A stretch of DNA of 32,000 bases from Breznakia blatticola (GTDB lineage Bacteria > Bacillota_I > Bacilli_A > Erysipelotrichales > Erysipelotrichaceae): positions 35,177 to 67,176 of the forward strand of contig NZ_SODD01000008.1 of assembly GCF_004365815.1 (NCBI RefSeq), read 5' to 3'. Positions 9,538-17,450 of this stretch are shown here, piece by piece (position 1 is the first letter of the stretch; each line of letters opens with the position of its first letter). The position numbers and the translations under genes are program-made. The notes under the pieces are model-generated. The model was not told the origin of the DNA, searched no databases, and saw only the letters and a program-made list of their open reading frames with translations.

Positions 9538-9566
9538 TTGTAAAAGTATCAGATACTTAGTATAAT
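9538..9566 (+). promoter_or_regulatory. Sigma-A type promoter
   Basis: TTGTAA, 17 nt, TATAAT, lying 28 nt upstream of the ATG at 9594. Confidence 0.5.
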
Positions 9567-9593
9567 AATTATTGTTAGAATTGGGAGCGCGTT

Positions 9594-10265
9594 ATGAAAA
9601 AGAATCAAGAAGTTAATGAACAAAAAGAAAATGTTGAAAAAAATGGTGGTGACTGGGAAGTTGCTGAGCAAAAAGTAAAAATAGGAACTGAATGGAAAAG
9701 TGCAGACCAATTAAAGAAGAGTTTCTTTGTTGAACTTTTAATCGCAATTGCCTTTGCGGTATTAACTGTTTATGCATTTACACTTAGTATCTTTTTAGGA
9801 GTAGTTATTTTATTCATTACGTTATTCTTTGTTTTAACGGCAATGGGTTCAATTAGTGCATTAAAATCCATTGATGAACGAATTGAGTTTACACCTAATA
9901 TTAATTTTAAAGACAAAGTAAACGGATTGCGTAAAAAAGTAGATGTAAATGCTAGCATGCGTAAACGTATTGTGATGACTACAGAAGTAGAAACAGAACT
10001 ACCAGATGCATATAACTCAATTGCAATTGGATCTAAAATTATCGTAGAAAAAGAAAAGGTGTCTTTAGATAATGGAACTTTCTTAGGAAGTATCAATAAA
10101 AAAGATATGACGAAACTTCGTGCATATCTTAAAGAAAATAAAGATGTTACTGGTTTTATTGGACGTGTCTTAAATGTAAAAGAAAAAGATGGTGATTATG
10201 TTGAAATTGAGATTTCAGCACAAGTGGATCCTGAGACAGTAACACCAACTCCAGAGAATAAGTAA
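9594..10265 (+). CDS. Membrane protein of unknown function (two predicted TM helices)
   Basis: 223 aa with a GGGAG RBS. A charged N-terminus is followed by the hydrophobic stretches FFVELLIAIAFAVLTVYAF and IFLGVVILFITLFFVLTAM. No family is recognised. Confidence 0.7.
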   Translation: MKKNQEVNEQKENVEKNGGDWEVAEQKVKIGTEWKSADQLKKSFFVELLIAIAFAVLTVYAFTLSIFLGVVILFITLFFVLTAMGSISALKSIDERIEFTPNINFKDKVNGLRKKVDVNASMRKRIVMTTEVETELPDAYNSIAIGSKIIVEKEKVSLDNGTFLGSINKKDMTKLRAYLKENKDVTGFIGRVLNVKEKDGDYVEIEISAQVDPETVTPTPENK

Positions 10266-10293
10266 AATTATTTCAAATAGTGAGCAAAACCTA

Positions 10294-10322
10294 TTTACAA
10301 ACGGTATCTTTTTGTTTATAAT
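10294..10322 (+). promoter_or_regulatory. Sigma-A type promoter for tRNA-His
   Basis: TTTACA, 17 nt, TATAAT, ending 22 nt before the tRNA 5' end. Confidence 0.55.
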
Positions 10323-10343
10323 AGGTAATGCTTACTGAAATAT

Positions 10344-10420
10344 GGCGGTCGTGGTGAAGTGGTTAACACAGCGGGTTGTGGTCCCGTCATGCGTGGGTTC
10401 AAATCCCATCGGTCGCCCCA
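10344..10420 (+). tRNA. tRNA-His (anticodon GTG), CCA encoded
   Basis: Hand-folded cloverleaf. There is an extra 5' G (G-1) pairing with C73, which is the His identity element. The anticodon stem GCGGG/CCCGT carries the loop TTGTGGT. The T-arm is GTGGG-TTCAAAT-CCCAT, and the 3' end is CCA. Confidence 0.9.
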
Positions 10421-10431
10421 TATAAAGCAAT

Positions 10432-10458
10432 AAACCTCTAGCAATAGAGGTTTTTATT
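10432..10458 (+). terminator. Intrinsic terminator after tRNA-His
   Basis: AACCTCTA-gcaa-TAGAGGTT followed by TTTTATT. Confidence 0.75.
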
Positions 10459-10471
10459 ATGCTCATTCGAT

Positions 10472-10493
10472 TTTGGCATACATTTGGCATACA
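10472..10493. repeat. Perfect tandem direct repeat TTTGGCATACA x2, followed by the small palindrome CATAC-aat-GTATG
   Basis: Read directly: tttggcataca tttggcataca atgtatg. The second copy supplies the TTGGCA -35 of the promoter below. Confidence 0.6.
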
Positions 10494-10513
10494 ATGTATG
10501 TCATTTTTACAAT
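10485..10513 (+). promoter_or_regulatory. Candidate promoter upstream of the LytTR operon
   Basis: TTGGCA, 17 nt, TACAAT. It would give a leader of about 125 nt before the ATG at 10647. Confidence 0.45.
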
Positions 10514-10646
10514 CTCAAGTGCAGATAACTACTTAAAAGCGTGCATGATGCTCAATTATTGCATCTTAACCGTAAATTCTTACCACTTAGCGTGAAAGCC
10601 TATGTTTTTTCATTGAGTTTAGTATAATACATGTAAGGAGAATTTT

Positions 10647-11108
10647 ATGAAGATACACATTGAGTTAATTGAAGATGATAATGATGAAGAAATTGTCATT
10701 AAAACAAAAGATATAACTAAAGAAATAAAAGATATACAAAAATTCATCCAAAATCGACTCAAAGGGGTAAAACGGTTAGTACTCTACAAGGGTGAAGAAG
10801 AATTGTATGTACCAGTGGAAAACATTCTCTTTTTTGAAACATCAGAAGACAGCGTGTATGCCCACACGAAGAATGATGCGTATATGGTTAAACATCGACT
10901 ATACGAGTTAGAAAAAGAATTACCAGAATACTTTATGCGAGTAAGTAAATCGACGATTATAAATATCACTAAAGTGATGTCGATTCAAAAGAACCTCACA
11001 AGCAGCAGTTTGGTTCGGTTCATGAATAGTGTAAAAGAAGTTTATGTTTCTAGAATGTATTACAAAGAATTGAAGCTACGTCTTCACGAAAGGAGTTATT
11101 ATGAATAA
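10647..11108 (+). CDS. LytTR family DNA-binding protein (no receiver domain)
   Basis: 153 aa with an AAGGAG RBS. The C-terminal two thirds (VPVENILFFETSEDSVYAHT...HRLYELEKELP..FMRVSKSTIINI) match the LytTR fold pattern. Confidence 0.85.
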   Translation: MKIHIELIEDDNDEEIVIKTKDITKEIKDIQKFIQNRLKGVKRLVLYKGEEELYVPVENILFFETSEDSVYAHTKNDAYMVKHRLYELEKELPEYFMRVSKSTIINITKVMSIQKNLTSSSLVRFMNSVKEVYVSRMYYKELKLRLHERSYYE

Positions 11109-11811
11109 AAAAACAAATTGGCTATGGGGAATTGTGTTTATAGCAGTAGGGGTCATGATTGTACTTGTTCCTATGTTAGGATTATCTATCAATCTAATGC
11201 ATATGATTTGGACTGTACTATTACTGCTATGTGTTGTAAGTAATATTAAATACAGAAACTGGTTTTTAATTGTAATGCCACTATGTTTGGCAGTATGGAT
11301 TAATCGTTCCTATCTACAAATTGAAGATGTCTTAAGCTTCTTTCCATTAATGGGTGCTGGGGTGTTTGTAAGTATTGGACTTTCTATTATATTCAAAGAT
11401 CACTCCTATCGTTACAATCATATTCGCTATCACCGTAGTGGAAAACATGCAGATTATACAAAACAAAGCAGCCATGATGAAAGTGTGATCAATATTGATA
11501 CTGCATTATCAGGAAGTGCACAATATATACATTCACAAAATCTACGACTAATTACAGCAGAAGTTAGTTTAGGTTCTCTTCAATTATATTTACAACAAGC
11601 AAAACTAGATCCAGAGGGAGCGACAATCAAACTAGATGTATCACTTGCTACTCTTACTTTATATATTCCAAAAGAATGGAACACACAAGTTGATGTATCT
11701 TCTAGTTTAGGTGGTGTAGATGAAGGTTTTCATGAAAGAGACTATAATCTACCAAAACTTCTTATTACTGGAGAAGTAGCTCTTGGGAATTTGGAAATCA
11801 TCTATATTTAG
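11101..11811 (+). CDS. Polytopic membrane protein with a C-terminal LiaF/YvqF-like (DUF2154-type) domain
   Basis: 236 aa. Its start overlaps the LytTR stop by 8 nt (ATGAATAA). It has four hydrophobic helices followed by a beta-rich repeat-like C-terminus (GSLQLYL...LDVSLATLTLYIP...GEVALGNLEIIYI). Confidence 0.65.
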   Translation: MNKKTNWLWGIVFIAVGVMIVLVPMLGLSINLMHMIWTVLLLLCVVSNIKYRNWFLIVMPLCLAVWINRSYLQIEDVLSFFPLMGAGVFVSIGLSIIFKDHSYRYNHIRYHRSGKHADYTKQSSHDESVINIDTALSGSAQYIHSQNLRLITAEVSLGSLQLYLQQAKLDPEGATIKLDVSLATLTLYIPKEWNTQVDVSSSLGGVDEGFHERDYNLPKLLITGEVALGNLEIIYI

Positions 11812-11861
11812 GTGATTTTTTCTTTATTATAATATAATCCTACTAAACGTGTAGGAAATGC

Positions 11862-11889
11862 TTGACATTGTTTTCTTTTATGGTATTAT
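11862..11889 (+). promoter_or_regulatory. Strong sigma-A promoter with no downstream CDS
   Basis: TTGACA, 16 nt, TGgTATTAT (extended -10). Confidence 0.55.
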
Positions 11890-11895
11890 ATAGAC

Positions 11896-12108
11896 AGGAT
11901 AGGAAAGGTATACATACCAAAATGTTCACCAGGGAAGGGTGAACAAAGTAATATCTTATTTTCCTACTAGGAAGGTAGGAAATGTCGAGTTTTTGTCTAA
12001 AATTCATTGTTATCCCCCCAAAACATTAATTTTGACATGCGCTTTGTAGGAAGGGCGTCTACTCAAAATAAAAAGCAATCATCAACACGCATGATTGCTT
12101 TTTATTTT
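11896..12108 (+). ncRNA. Candidate sRNA 1 (about 210 nt) with multiple GGA/UAGGAAG motifs in hairpin loops
   Basis: It runs from the promoter at 11862-11889 to the terminator AAGCAATCAT-caacacgc-ATGATTGCTT+TTTATTTT (12072-12108). Two hairpins are visible: GTTCACC[AGGGAAG]GGTGAAC at 11924-11944 and TTTCCTAC[TAGGAAG]GTAGGAAA at 11960-11982. There are six GGA triplets and no credible CDS. Confidence 0.45.
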
Positions 12109-12145
12109 CAATTTATTTACATTAATGAAAAAATTCAAATTAATA

Positions 12146-12174
12146 TTTACATTTCTTTGACCTATTGCTATAAT
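12146..12174 (+). promoter_or_regulatory. Sigma-A type promoter with no downstream CDS
   Basis: TTTACA, 17 nt, TATAAT. Confidence 0.45.
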
Positions 12175-12180
12175 GAACTA

Positions 12181-12267
12181 AGTAAAACGAGGTTAAATAT
12201 CCCTTTCCTATCTTCCTACCTTGTTTTACATCCTAATTAATAAAGCCCAATTTAAGGGCTTTTTTTA
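12181..12267 (+). ncRNA. Candidate sRNA 2 (about 85 nt) presenting a CU-rich loop complementary to sRNA 1
   Basis: An 11-bp stem GTAAAACGAGG/CCTTGTTTTAC (12182-12229) encloses the 26-nt loop TTAAATATCCCTTTCCTATCTTCCTA. It is followed by the terminator AAGCCC-aatttaa-GGGCTT+TTTTT (12242-12267). Confidence 0.4.
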
Positions 12268-12672
12268 TGTTCTCTTTGAAAATTTTGTTTTACACTTTGG
12301 ACAAGTGATTTCAATTTTACCTTTTCCACTAGGCACACGTACAACTTGTTTGCACTTAGGACATTTGTAGTACTTATGACTCTTATCTTCAAATCTGCGT
12401 TTTGTGCGTCTAAAAGGAGCACGGATTTTATACCACATTCCTAGAAACTTATTGTTTTCAATACGACGGCGATATACTTTACGTGAGAAGAAACGAAACC
12501 AGAAAATGATAAGCGGAATCCACGTTATTGTGGCAGTAATCCAATTACTACCCACAAATAATGCCATTACAATGTTGAAGACTACTGCAAATGCCAACAA
12601 GAAAGTGTTCAGTTGGTCATTTCCATAACGTCCTTGCATAAATTGATATAACTTGTATTTTAATTTATTCAT
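12265..12672 (-). CDS. Membrane protein with a C-terminal zinc-ribbon
   Basis: 135 aa. There are two hydrophobic helices, then CPKC...CPKC (YYKCPKCKQVVRVPSGKGKIEITCPKCKTKF). Confidence 0.75.
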   Translation of the reverse strand: MNKLKYKLYQFMQGRYGNDQLNTFLLAFAVVFNIVMALFVGSNWITATITWIPLIIFWFRFFSRKVYRRRIENNKFLGMWYKIRAPFRRTKRRFEDKSHKYYKCPKCKQVVRVPSGKGKIEITCPKCKTKFSKRT

Positions 12673-12800
12673 GTCTACCTCTTTTGTATTAAGATATATT
12701 ATATTCCTGTTAAAGAATAATACAAGGGCTGTTGATATTTTTCAGGTAAAGTTCACAGTTTGGTGTATAATAGTAATCATAAAGTAAAGGATGGAAGTTT

Positions 12801-13412
12801 ATGGCAAAATTAAAACCAGAAACAATGGACACCTTGGCAAGGACATCTTTGTCTGAATTGCAGCGACCACATGTGTTTGTTGTGGATATGATTAATGGCT
12901 TTATCAAAGAAGGAGCACTTAGTGATTCTTACATTATGCATATTACAAATCCAATTCAAGATCTTGTAAAACAAGCACATGCAACGACATTTATATGTGA
13001 TTCTCACAACTTGGATGCAAAAGAATTTGATGCATATCCAATTCACTGTATTAAGGATACTAGTGAAAGTGAAGTGATTGATGAAATGCAACCACTAGTT
13101 AAACGATTGATTCATAAAAATAGTACCAATACATTTATGGCAAAAGAATTTCAAGATCAATTACCTGACTTATTAAGTCAATTTGATGATTTTGTCTTAG
13201 TTGGTTGTTGTACAGATATTTGCATTTTACACTTTGCATTAAGTTTACAAACATTTATCAATGAACATAATCTAAGTGATAAACGTGTTATTGTACCTGT
13301 GAATATGGTGGAAACGTATGATATTCCAGAAGTACATTCTCGTGACAAGGCAAATCAAACTGCTTGTGAATTAATGATAAACAATGGTATTCAAGTTGTG
13401 GTAATGGAGTAA
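12801..13412 (+). CDS. pncA: Isochorismatase-family hydrolase, probable nicotinamidase
   Basis: 203 aa with a cysteine-hydrolase pattern (VVDMINGF..., LVGCCTDICI). It lies immediately upstream of pncB, which gives the NAD-salvage context. Confidence 0.75.
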   Translation: MAKLKPETMDTLARTSLSELQRPHVFVVDMINGFIKEGALSDSYIMHITNPIQDLVKQAHATTFICDSHNLDAKEFDAYPIHCIKDTSESEVIDEMQPLVKRLIHKNSTNTFMAKEFQDQLPDLLSQFDDFVLVGCCTDICILHFALSLQTFINEHNLSDKRVIVPVNMVETYDIPEVHSRDKANQTACELMINNGIQVVVME

Positions 13413-13416
13413 TATT

Positions 13417-14898
13417 ATGAAAACATACGATTTAAAATTTGATTTACGTGATGCACGTAATTTATCACTTGTGATGGACTTCTATGAGTTGACGATGTCT
13501 CAAGTGTACTTTAATGAAGGAAGACAAGACCAAGTTGTAACTTTTGATTACTTCTATCGTAAAAATCCAGATAATGGAGGATTTGCAATTTTTGCAGGAC
13601 TAGAAGAATTGATTGGTTACATTCAAAACTTGCATTTTAATGAAGAAGATATTTTCTATTTACAATCATTGGGACGTTTCGATGAAAAGTTTCTAGATTA
13701 TTTACGTCACTTTATTTTTACAGGTAATGTATATGCAGTAAAAGAGGGAACTGTCGTATTTCCAAACGAACCAATTATTCGTGTCGAAGCACCAATTATC
13801 GAAGCACAGTTAATTGAAACGGCTTTGCTATTATGTTGTAATCATCAAAGTTTAATTGCAACAAAAGCAAATCGTGTCGTTCGTGCAAGTAAAGGTAGAA
13901 GTGTATTAGAGTTTGGAGCACGACGTGCACATAACTTTGATGCTGCAAACTATGGAGCAAGAGCAGCATATATTGGTGGGGTATTTGGAACAAGTAATAC
14001 AAAAGCAGGACAAATGTTTCATATGCCTGTCTCAGGAACAATGGCGCATAGTTTTATTCAAAGCTATCCAAGTGAGTACGAAGCGTTTGTTGCATATGCA
14101 AAACACTTTCCAAAAGAAACATCATTATTGCTAGATACTTATGACACATTAAACAGTGGTCTACTTAATGCCATTCGTGTGCATAAAGAAGTTCTGCTAC
14201 CACAAGGAAACTACTTACAAAGTGTTCGAATTGATAGTGGGGATATTGCCTATTTATCAAAACGAATTCGTGAACGATTGGATGCAGAAGGAATGCAGGA
14301 CACAAAAATTATTGCATCTAATTCATTTGATGAATATATTATTAAGTCACTAATTGATCAAGGTGCTAAAATTGATGTTTTTGGAGTTGGTGAAAACTTA
14401 ATTTGTTCAAAAAGTTCTCCAGTCTTTGGTGGAGTGTATAAACTAAGTTCAATTAAAGAAGAAGATGGAAGTTATACGCCAAAAATTAAAGTATCAGATA
14501 ATGCTATCAAGCTTACAAATCCTGGAAAGAAAGAATTATATCGTGTATATTGCTTAAAAAATGGAAAAGCACTTGCTGATTTATTAACACTCTCTCACGA
14601 AGTGTTAAATGAAGAAGAAGATCTTGTGATTTATCACCCACAAGATGTTTGGAAGTTTAAAACTATTGAAAAAGGAACGTATCGTTTGGAACGCTTATTG
14701 GTTCCAATTATTGAACATGGAAATCTTGTTTATGATTGCCCAAGTTTAGAAGATATTCGTAAACATGCAAATGCAAGTAGAGAAACGATGTGGGATGAAA
14801 TCTTACGTTTTGAATATCCACAAGAATACTATGTAGATTTATCGAAGGAATTGTTAGATTTGAAACTAAGCTTATTAGAAAGTGTACGAAAAAAATAA
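13417..14898 (+). CDS. pncB: Nicotinate phosphoribosyltransferase
   Basis: 493 aa with FYELTM...VY, EFGARRAH, SGTMAHSFIQ, DTYD and RIDSGD motifs typical of NAPRTase. Confidence 0.9.
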   Translation: MKTYDLKFDLRDARNLSLVMDFYELTMSQVYFNEGRQDQVVTFDYFYRKNPDNGGFAIFAGLEELIGYIQNLHFNEEDIFYLQSLGRFDEKFLDYLRHFIFTGNVYAVKEGTVVFPNEPIIRVEAPIIEAQLIETALLLCCNHQSLIATKANRVVRASKGRSVLEFGARRAHNFDAANYGARAAYIGGVFGTSNTKAGQMFHMPVSGTMAHSFIQSYPSEYEAFVAYAKHFPKETSLLLDTYDTLNSGLLNAIRVHKEVLLPQGNYLQSVRIDSGDIAYLSKRIRERLDAEGMQDTKIIASNSFDEYIIKSLIDQGAKIDVFGVGENLICSKSSPVFGGVYKLSSIKEEDGSYTPKIKVSDNAIKLTNPGKKELYRVYCLKNGKALADLLTLSHEVLNEEEDLVIYHPQDVWKFKTIEKGTYRLERLLVPIIEHGNLVYDCPSLEDIRKHANASRETMWDEILRFEYPQEYYVDLSKELLDLKLSLLESVRKK

Positions 14899-14926
14899 AA
14901 GAGAATCGCGGATTCTCTTTTTATTT
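14897..14926. terminator. Bidirectional intrinsic terminator (pncB / tetR convergent)
   Basis: AAAGAGAATC-gcg-GATTCTCTTT, flanked by A- and T-runs. Confidence 0.75.
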
Positions 14927-15502
14927 TGGGATTTCATTTAAGCTTTTCAAACCGTGGTATACAAGATTTGCAGTTAGTTTTTGATATTCAAGAAAGCTGA
15001 TTTCATCTGGTTGTTCAAGCCACATACGATAACAATGTACGATATTTTCAAGTACATAAGATGAAATGATTTGCGCAACCTTATCATTACAATGGTATTT
15101 CTTTAAAATATACGTTTTTACGTGTTTTACATATCGCTTTTTTACACCGTTGAATATAAACATATAGGAGTTTGCTTGCATTAGATAATTGTAAAACGAT
15201 TGATCACAGTTGATGAAATCATATACAACTTGCATTAGCAGTTCATAGTTTATTTCATCAACATCTTTGAAGTTGTGATCATTGACCATCATCAATTGAT
15301 TATAGATGGTATCTTGCAGTTCAATGAAATAATCATCAAGGGATGGATAGTGTATGTAAAAGGTCTTGCGATGAATGTTACAGCGTTTAGTTACTTCTTG
15401 AACGGTAATTTTGTGGAAGGGCATTTCTACTATCATCGCTTTCAGTGTTTGATCAATATGATGTTTTGTCTCTAATCCTTTTTCAATTTGTGATGTATTC
15501 AT
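14921..15502 (-). CDS. TetR/AcrR family transcriptional regulator
   Basis: The ATG at 15502 has a GAGGT RBS 8 nt upstream; the ORF-track start at 15535 is a GTG without an RBS. The N-terminal HTH is FHKITVQEVTKRCNIHRKTFYIHY. Confidence 0.85.
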   Translation of the reverse strand: MNTSQIEKGLETKHHIDQTLKAMIVEMPFHKITVQEVTKRCNIHRKTFYIHYPSLDDYFIELQDTIYNQLMMVNDHNFKDVDEINYELLMQVVYDFINCDQSFYNYLMQANSYMFIFNGVKKRYVKHVKTYILKKYHCNDKVAQIISSYVLENIVHCYRMWLEQPDEISFLEYQKLTANLVYHGLKSLNEIPK

Positions 15503-15536
15503 TTTTCTACCTCGTTCGTCAATTGTTTTACACACA

Positions 15537-15554
15537 CCAGATTTTAAAATCTGG
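15537..15554. promoter_or_regulatory. Perfect 18-bp palindrome, candidate TetR operator
   Basis: CCAGATTTTAAAATCTGG lies in the tetR-ohyA divergent region, directly upstream of the ohyA -35. Confidence 0.5.
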
Positions 15555-15557
15555 TTA

Positions 15558-15586
15558 TTGTACCTCTATTGTACGCTAAATATAAT
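15558..15586 (+). promoter_or_regulatory. Candidate promoter of the oleate hydratase gene
   Basis: TTGTAC, 17 nt, TATAAT. It is embedded in the direct repeat TATTGTAC (15556-15563 and 15567-15574). Confidence 0.5.
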
Positions 15587-15668
15587 AGGAGCATGCAACT
15601 AATGCACATGAACTAATTAATTATATAGTGGAAATGTATGCAGGAATGTTGAGATACAGGAGGAAGAT

Positions 15669-17438
15669 ATGAAATATACAAATGGAAATTATGAAGCATT
15701 TGCTAGACCAAGAAAACCACAAGGAGTTGATGATAAGTCTGCACATATTGTAGGTTCAGGTTTAGCAGGACTTGCTGCAGCGGTCTTCTTAATTCGTGAT
15801 GGTCAAATGAAAGGTAGTAATATTCATATTTATGAAGAGTTAGGTATCAATGGTGGTTCTTTGGATGGAACATTTATACCACACGATGGATTTGTTGTCC
15901 GTGGTGGACGTGAAATGGAAAATCACTTTGAGTGTTTATGGGACTTATTTCGTTCTGTGCCATCACTAGAAGTAGAAAATGCATCTGTACTTGATGAGTT
16001 TTACTGGTTAGATAAAGATGATCCAAACTCTTCAAATTGTAGAATTATCGAAAAACGCGGACAAAGAGTTACTGATGATGGTATGTTTACTTTAACAAAA
16101 CAAGCCCAAAAAGAGATAGTTGAATTATTTATGACAAGTGAAGATCGTCTAATTGGTAAGAAAATAGAAGATGTATTTACAGATGAATTCTTCGCATCGA
16201 ATTTCTGGATTTACTGGAGTAGTATGTTTGCTTTTGAAACATGGCATTCAGCTATTGAAATGCGTCGATATATTATGCGTTTTATTCACCATATTAAAGG
16301 ATTACCTGATTTCACTGCATTAAAATTCACAAAGTATAATCAATATGAGTCATTAGTCAAACCATTGTTGAGTTACTTGGAAAAAGAAGGTGTACATTTT
16401 GAGATGAATACACGAGTGGATAATGTACTTGTTGATATAACAGAGCATAAAAAAGTCGCAAAAATCTTAAAGCTTGTTAAGGATGATGAGCCTATGGAAG
16501 TTGTACTATCAGAAAATGATTTAGTCTTTGTAACAAATGGTTCTATCACTGAAAGTTCAACTCAAGGTGATCACAATACACCTGCACGAATCACACATGA
16601 ATTAGGTGGAAGTTGGAAGTTATGGAAAAACTTAGCAAGTCAAAGTAAAGAGTTTGGTAATCCGGATGTGTTCTGCGAAAATCTACCAGAAAAAAGTTGG
16701 TATGTTTCAGCAACAGTAACGTTTAAAAACTTTGATATCGAACCATATTTAGAACGTTTGACACACCGTAAAATGCGCTCAGGCAAAGTGGTGACTGGTG
16801 GAATTGTCACAGTGAAAGATTCAAATTGGATGTTATCATTTACAATGCATAGACAACCACACTTCAAGGAACAAAAAGACAATGAAAGCGTTGCATGGGT
16901 ATATGCGCTATATTCTGGAATTCCAGGAAACTACATCAAAAAACCAGTTGAAGAATGCTCGGGTAAAGAAATTGCTGCGGAGTTGATGTATCACTTAGGT
17001 GTACCAGAAAATCAAATTGATGCGATGGTAAATAGTTGTGTCTCAATTCCAGTGTATATGCCATTTATCACTTCGTATTTTATGGTACGTAAAGAAGGTG
17101 ACCGTCCACTTGTTGTACCAAAAGATGCAACGAATTTAGCCTTTATTGGAAATTTTGCGGATACAAAAAGAGATACCGTTTTCACAACTGAATATTCAGT
17201 TCGTACGGCAATGGAAGCTGTATATCAATTACTTGATATTGAACGTGGTGTTCCTGAGGTCTTTGCATCAGCTTACGATCTTCGTGAACTTGCCAATTCA
17301 GTATATTATCTATCAGATAAAAAGAAACTTAGTGAAATGGAATTACCATTTGTTGAAAAGCATTTGGTTAAACATTTCATGAAGAAAATAGATGGAACAT
17401 ATATTGAAGAATTACTTAAAAATGCAAAACTTTTATAA
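15669..17438 (+). CDS. ohyA: Oleate hydratase (MCRA family, FAD-dependent)
   Basis: 589 aa. The N-terminus [13 protein letters not shown]...[21 protein letters not shown] (FAD Rossmann) and [16 protein letters not shown] are typical of fatty-acid hydratases. Confidence 0.9.
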   Translation: MKYTNGNYEAFARPRKPQGVDDKSAHIVGSGLAGLAAAVFLIRDGQMKGSNIHIYEELGINGGSLDGTFIPHDGFVVRGGREMENHFECLWDLFRSVPSLEVENASVLDEFYWLDKDDPNSSNCRIIEKRGQRVTDDGMFTLTKQAQKEIVELFMTSEDRLIGKKIEDVFTDEFFASNFWIYWSSMFAFETWHSAIEMRRYIMRFIHHIKGLPDFTALKFTKYNQYESLVKPLLSYLEKEGVHFEMNTRVDNVLVDITEHKKVAKILKLVKDDEPMEVVLSENDLVFVTNGSITESSTQGDHNTPARITHELGGSWKLWKNLASQSKEFGNPDVFCENLPEKSWYVSATVTFKNFDIEPYLERLTHRKMRSGKVVTGGIVTVKDSNWMLSFTMHRQPHFKEQKDNESVAWVYALYSGIPGNYIKKPVEECSGKEIAAELMYHLGVPENQIDAMVNSCVSIPVYMPFITSYFMVRKEGDRPLVVPKDATNLAFIGNFADTKRDTVFTTEYSVRTAMEAVYQLLDIERGVPEVFASAYDLRELANSVYYLSDKKKLSEMELPFVEKHLVKHFMKKIDGTYIEELLKNAKLL

Positions 17439-17450
17439 GTATGTGTATAT

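Noticed and set aside
11896-11990. UAG/GAG repeats in sRNA 1, considered as TRAP (11 x [G/U]AG with 2-3 nt spacers) or HutP (UAG-N4 x3) binding sites.
   Set aside because: There are only a few UAG triplets. Their spacing (5 nt or much more) fits neither protein, and there is no trp or hut gene context.
11982-12029. 15-codon ORF (MSSFCLKFIVIPPKH) inside sRNA 1. Its SD and AUG are sequestered in the UAGGAAG hairpin and are complementary to sRNA 2. I considered it as a type I toxin-antitoxin pair.
   Set aside because: The peptide is too short to span a membrane, and it lacks the 20-plus residue hydrophobic helix and charged tail of type I toxins. The idea is kept only as a minor alternative to the sRNA/sponge reading.
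12007-12240. 77-aa ORF spanning the sRNA region.
   Set aside because: It has no RBS. It runs straight through a strong terminator hairpin (12072-12108) and a promoter, and the peptide is low-complexity. The region is better explained as non-coding.
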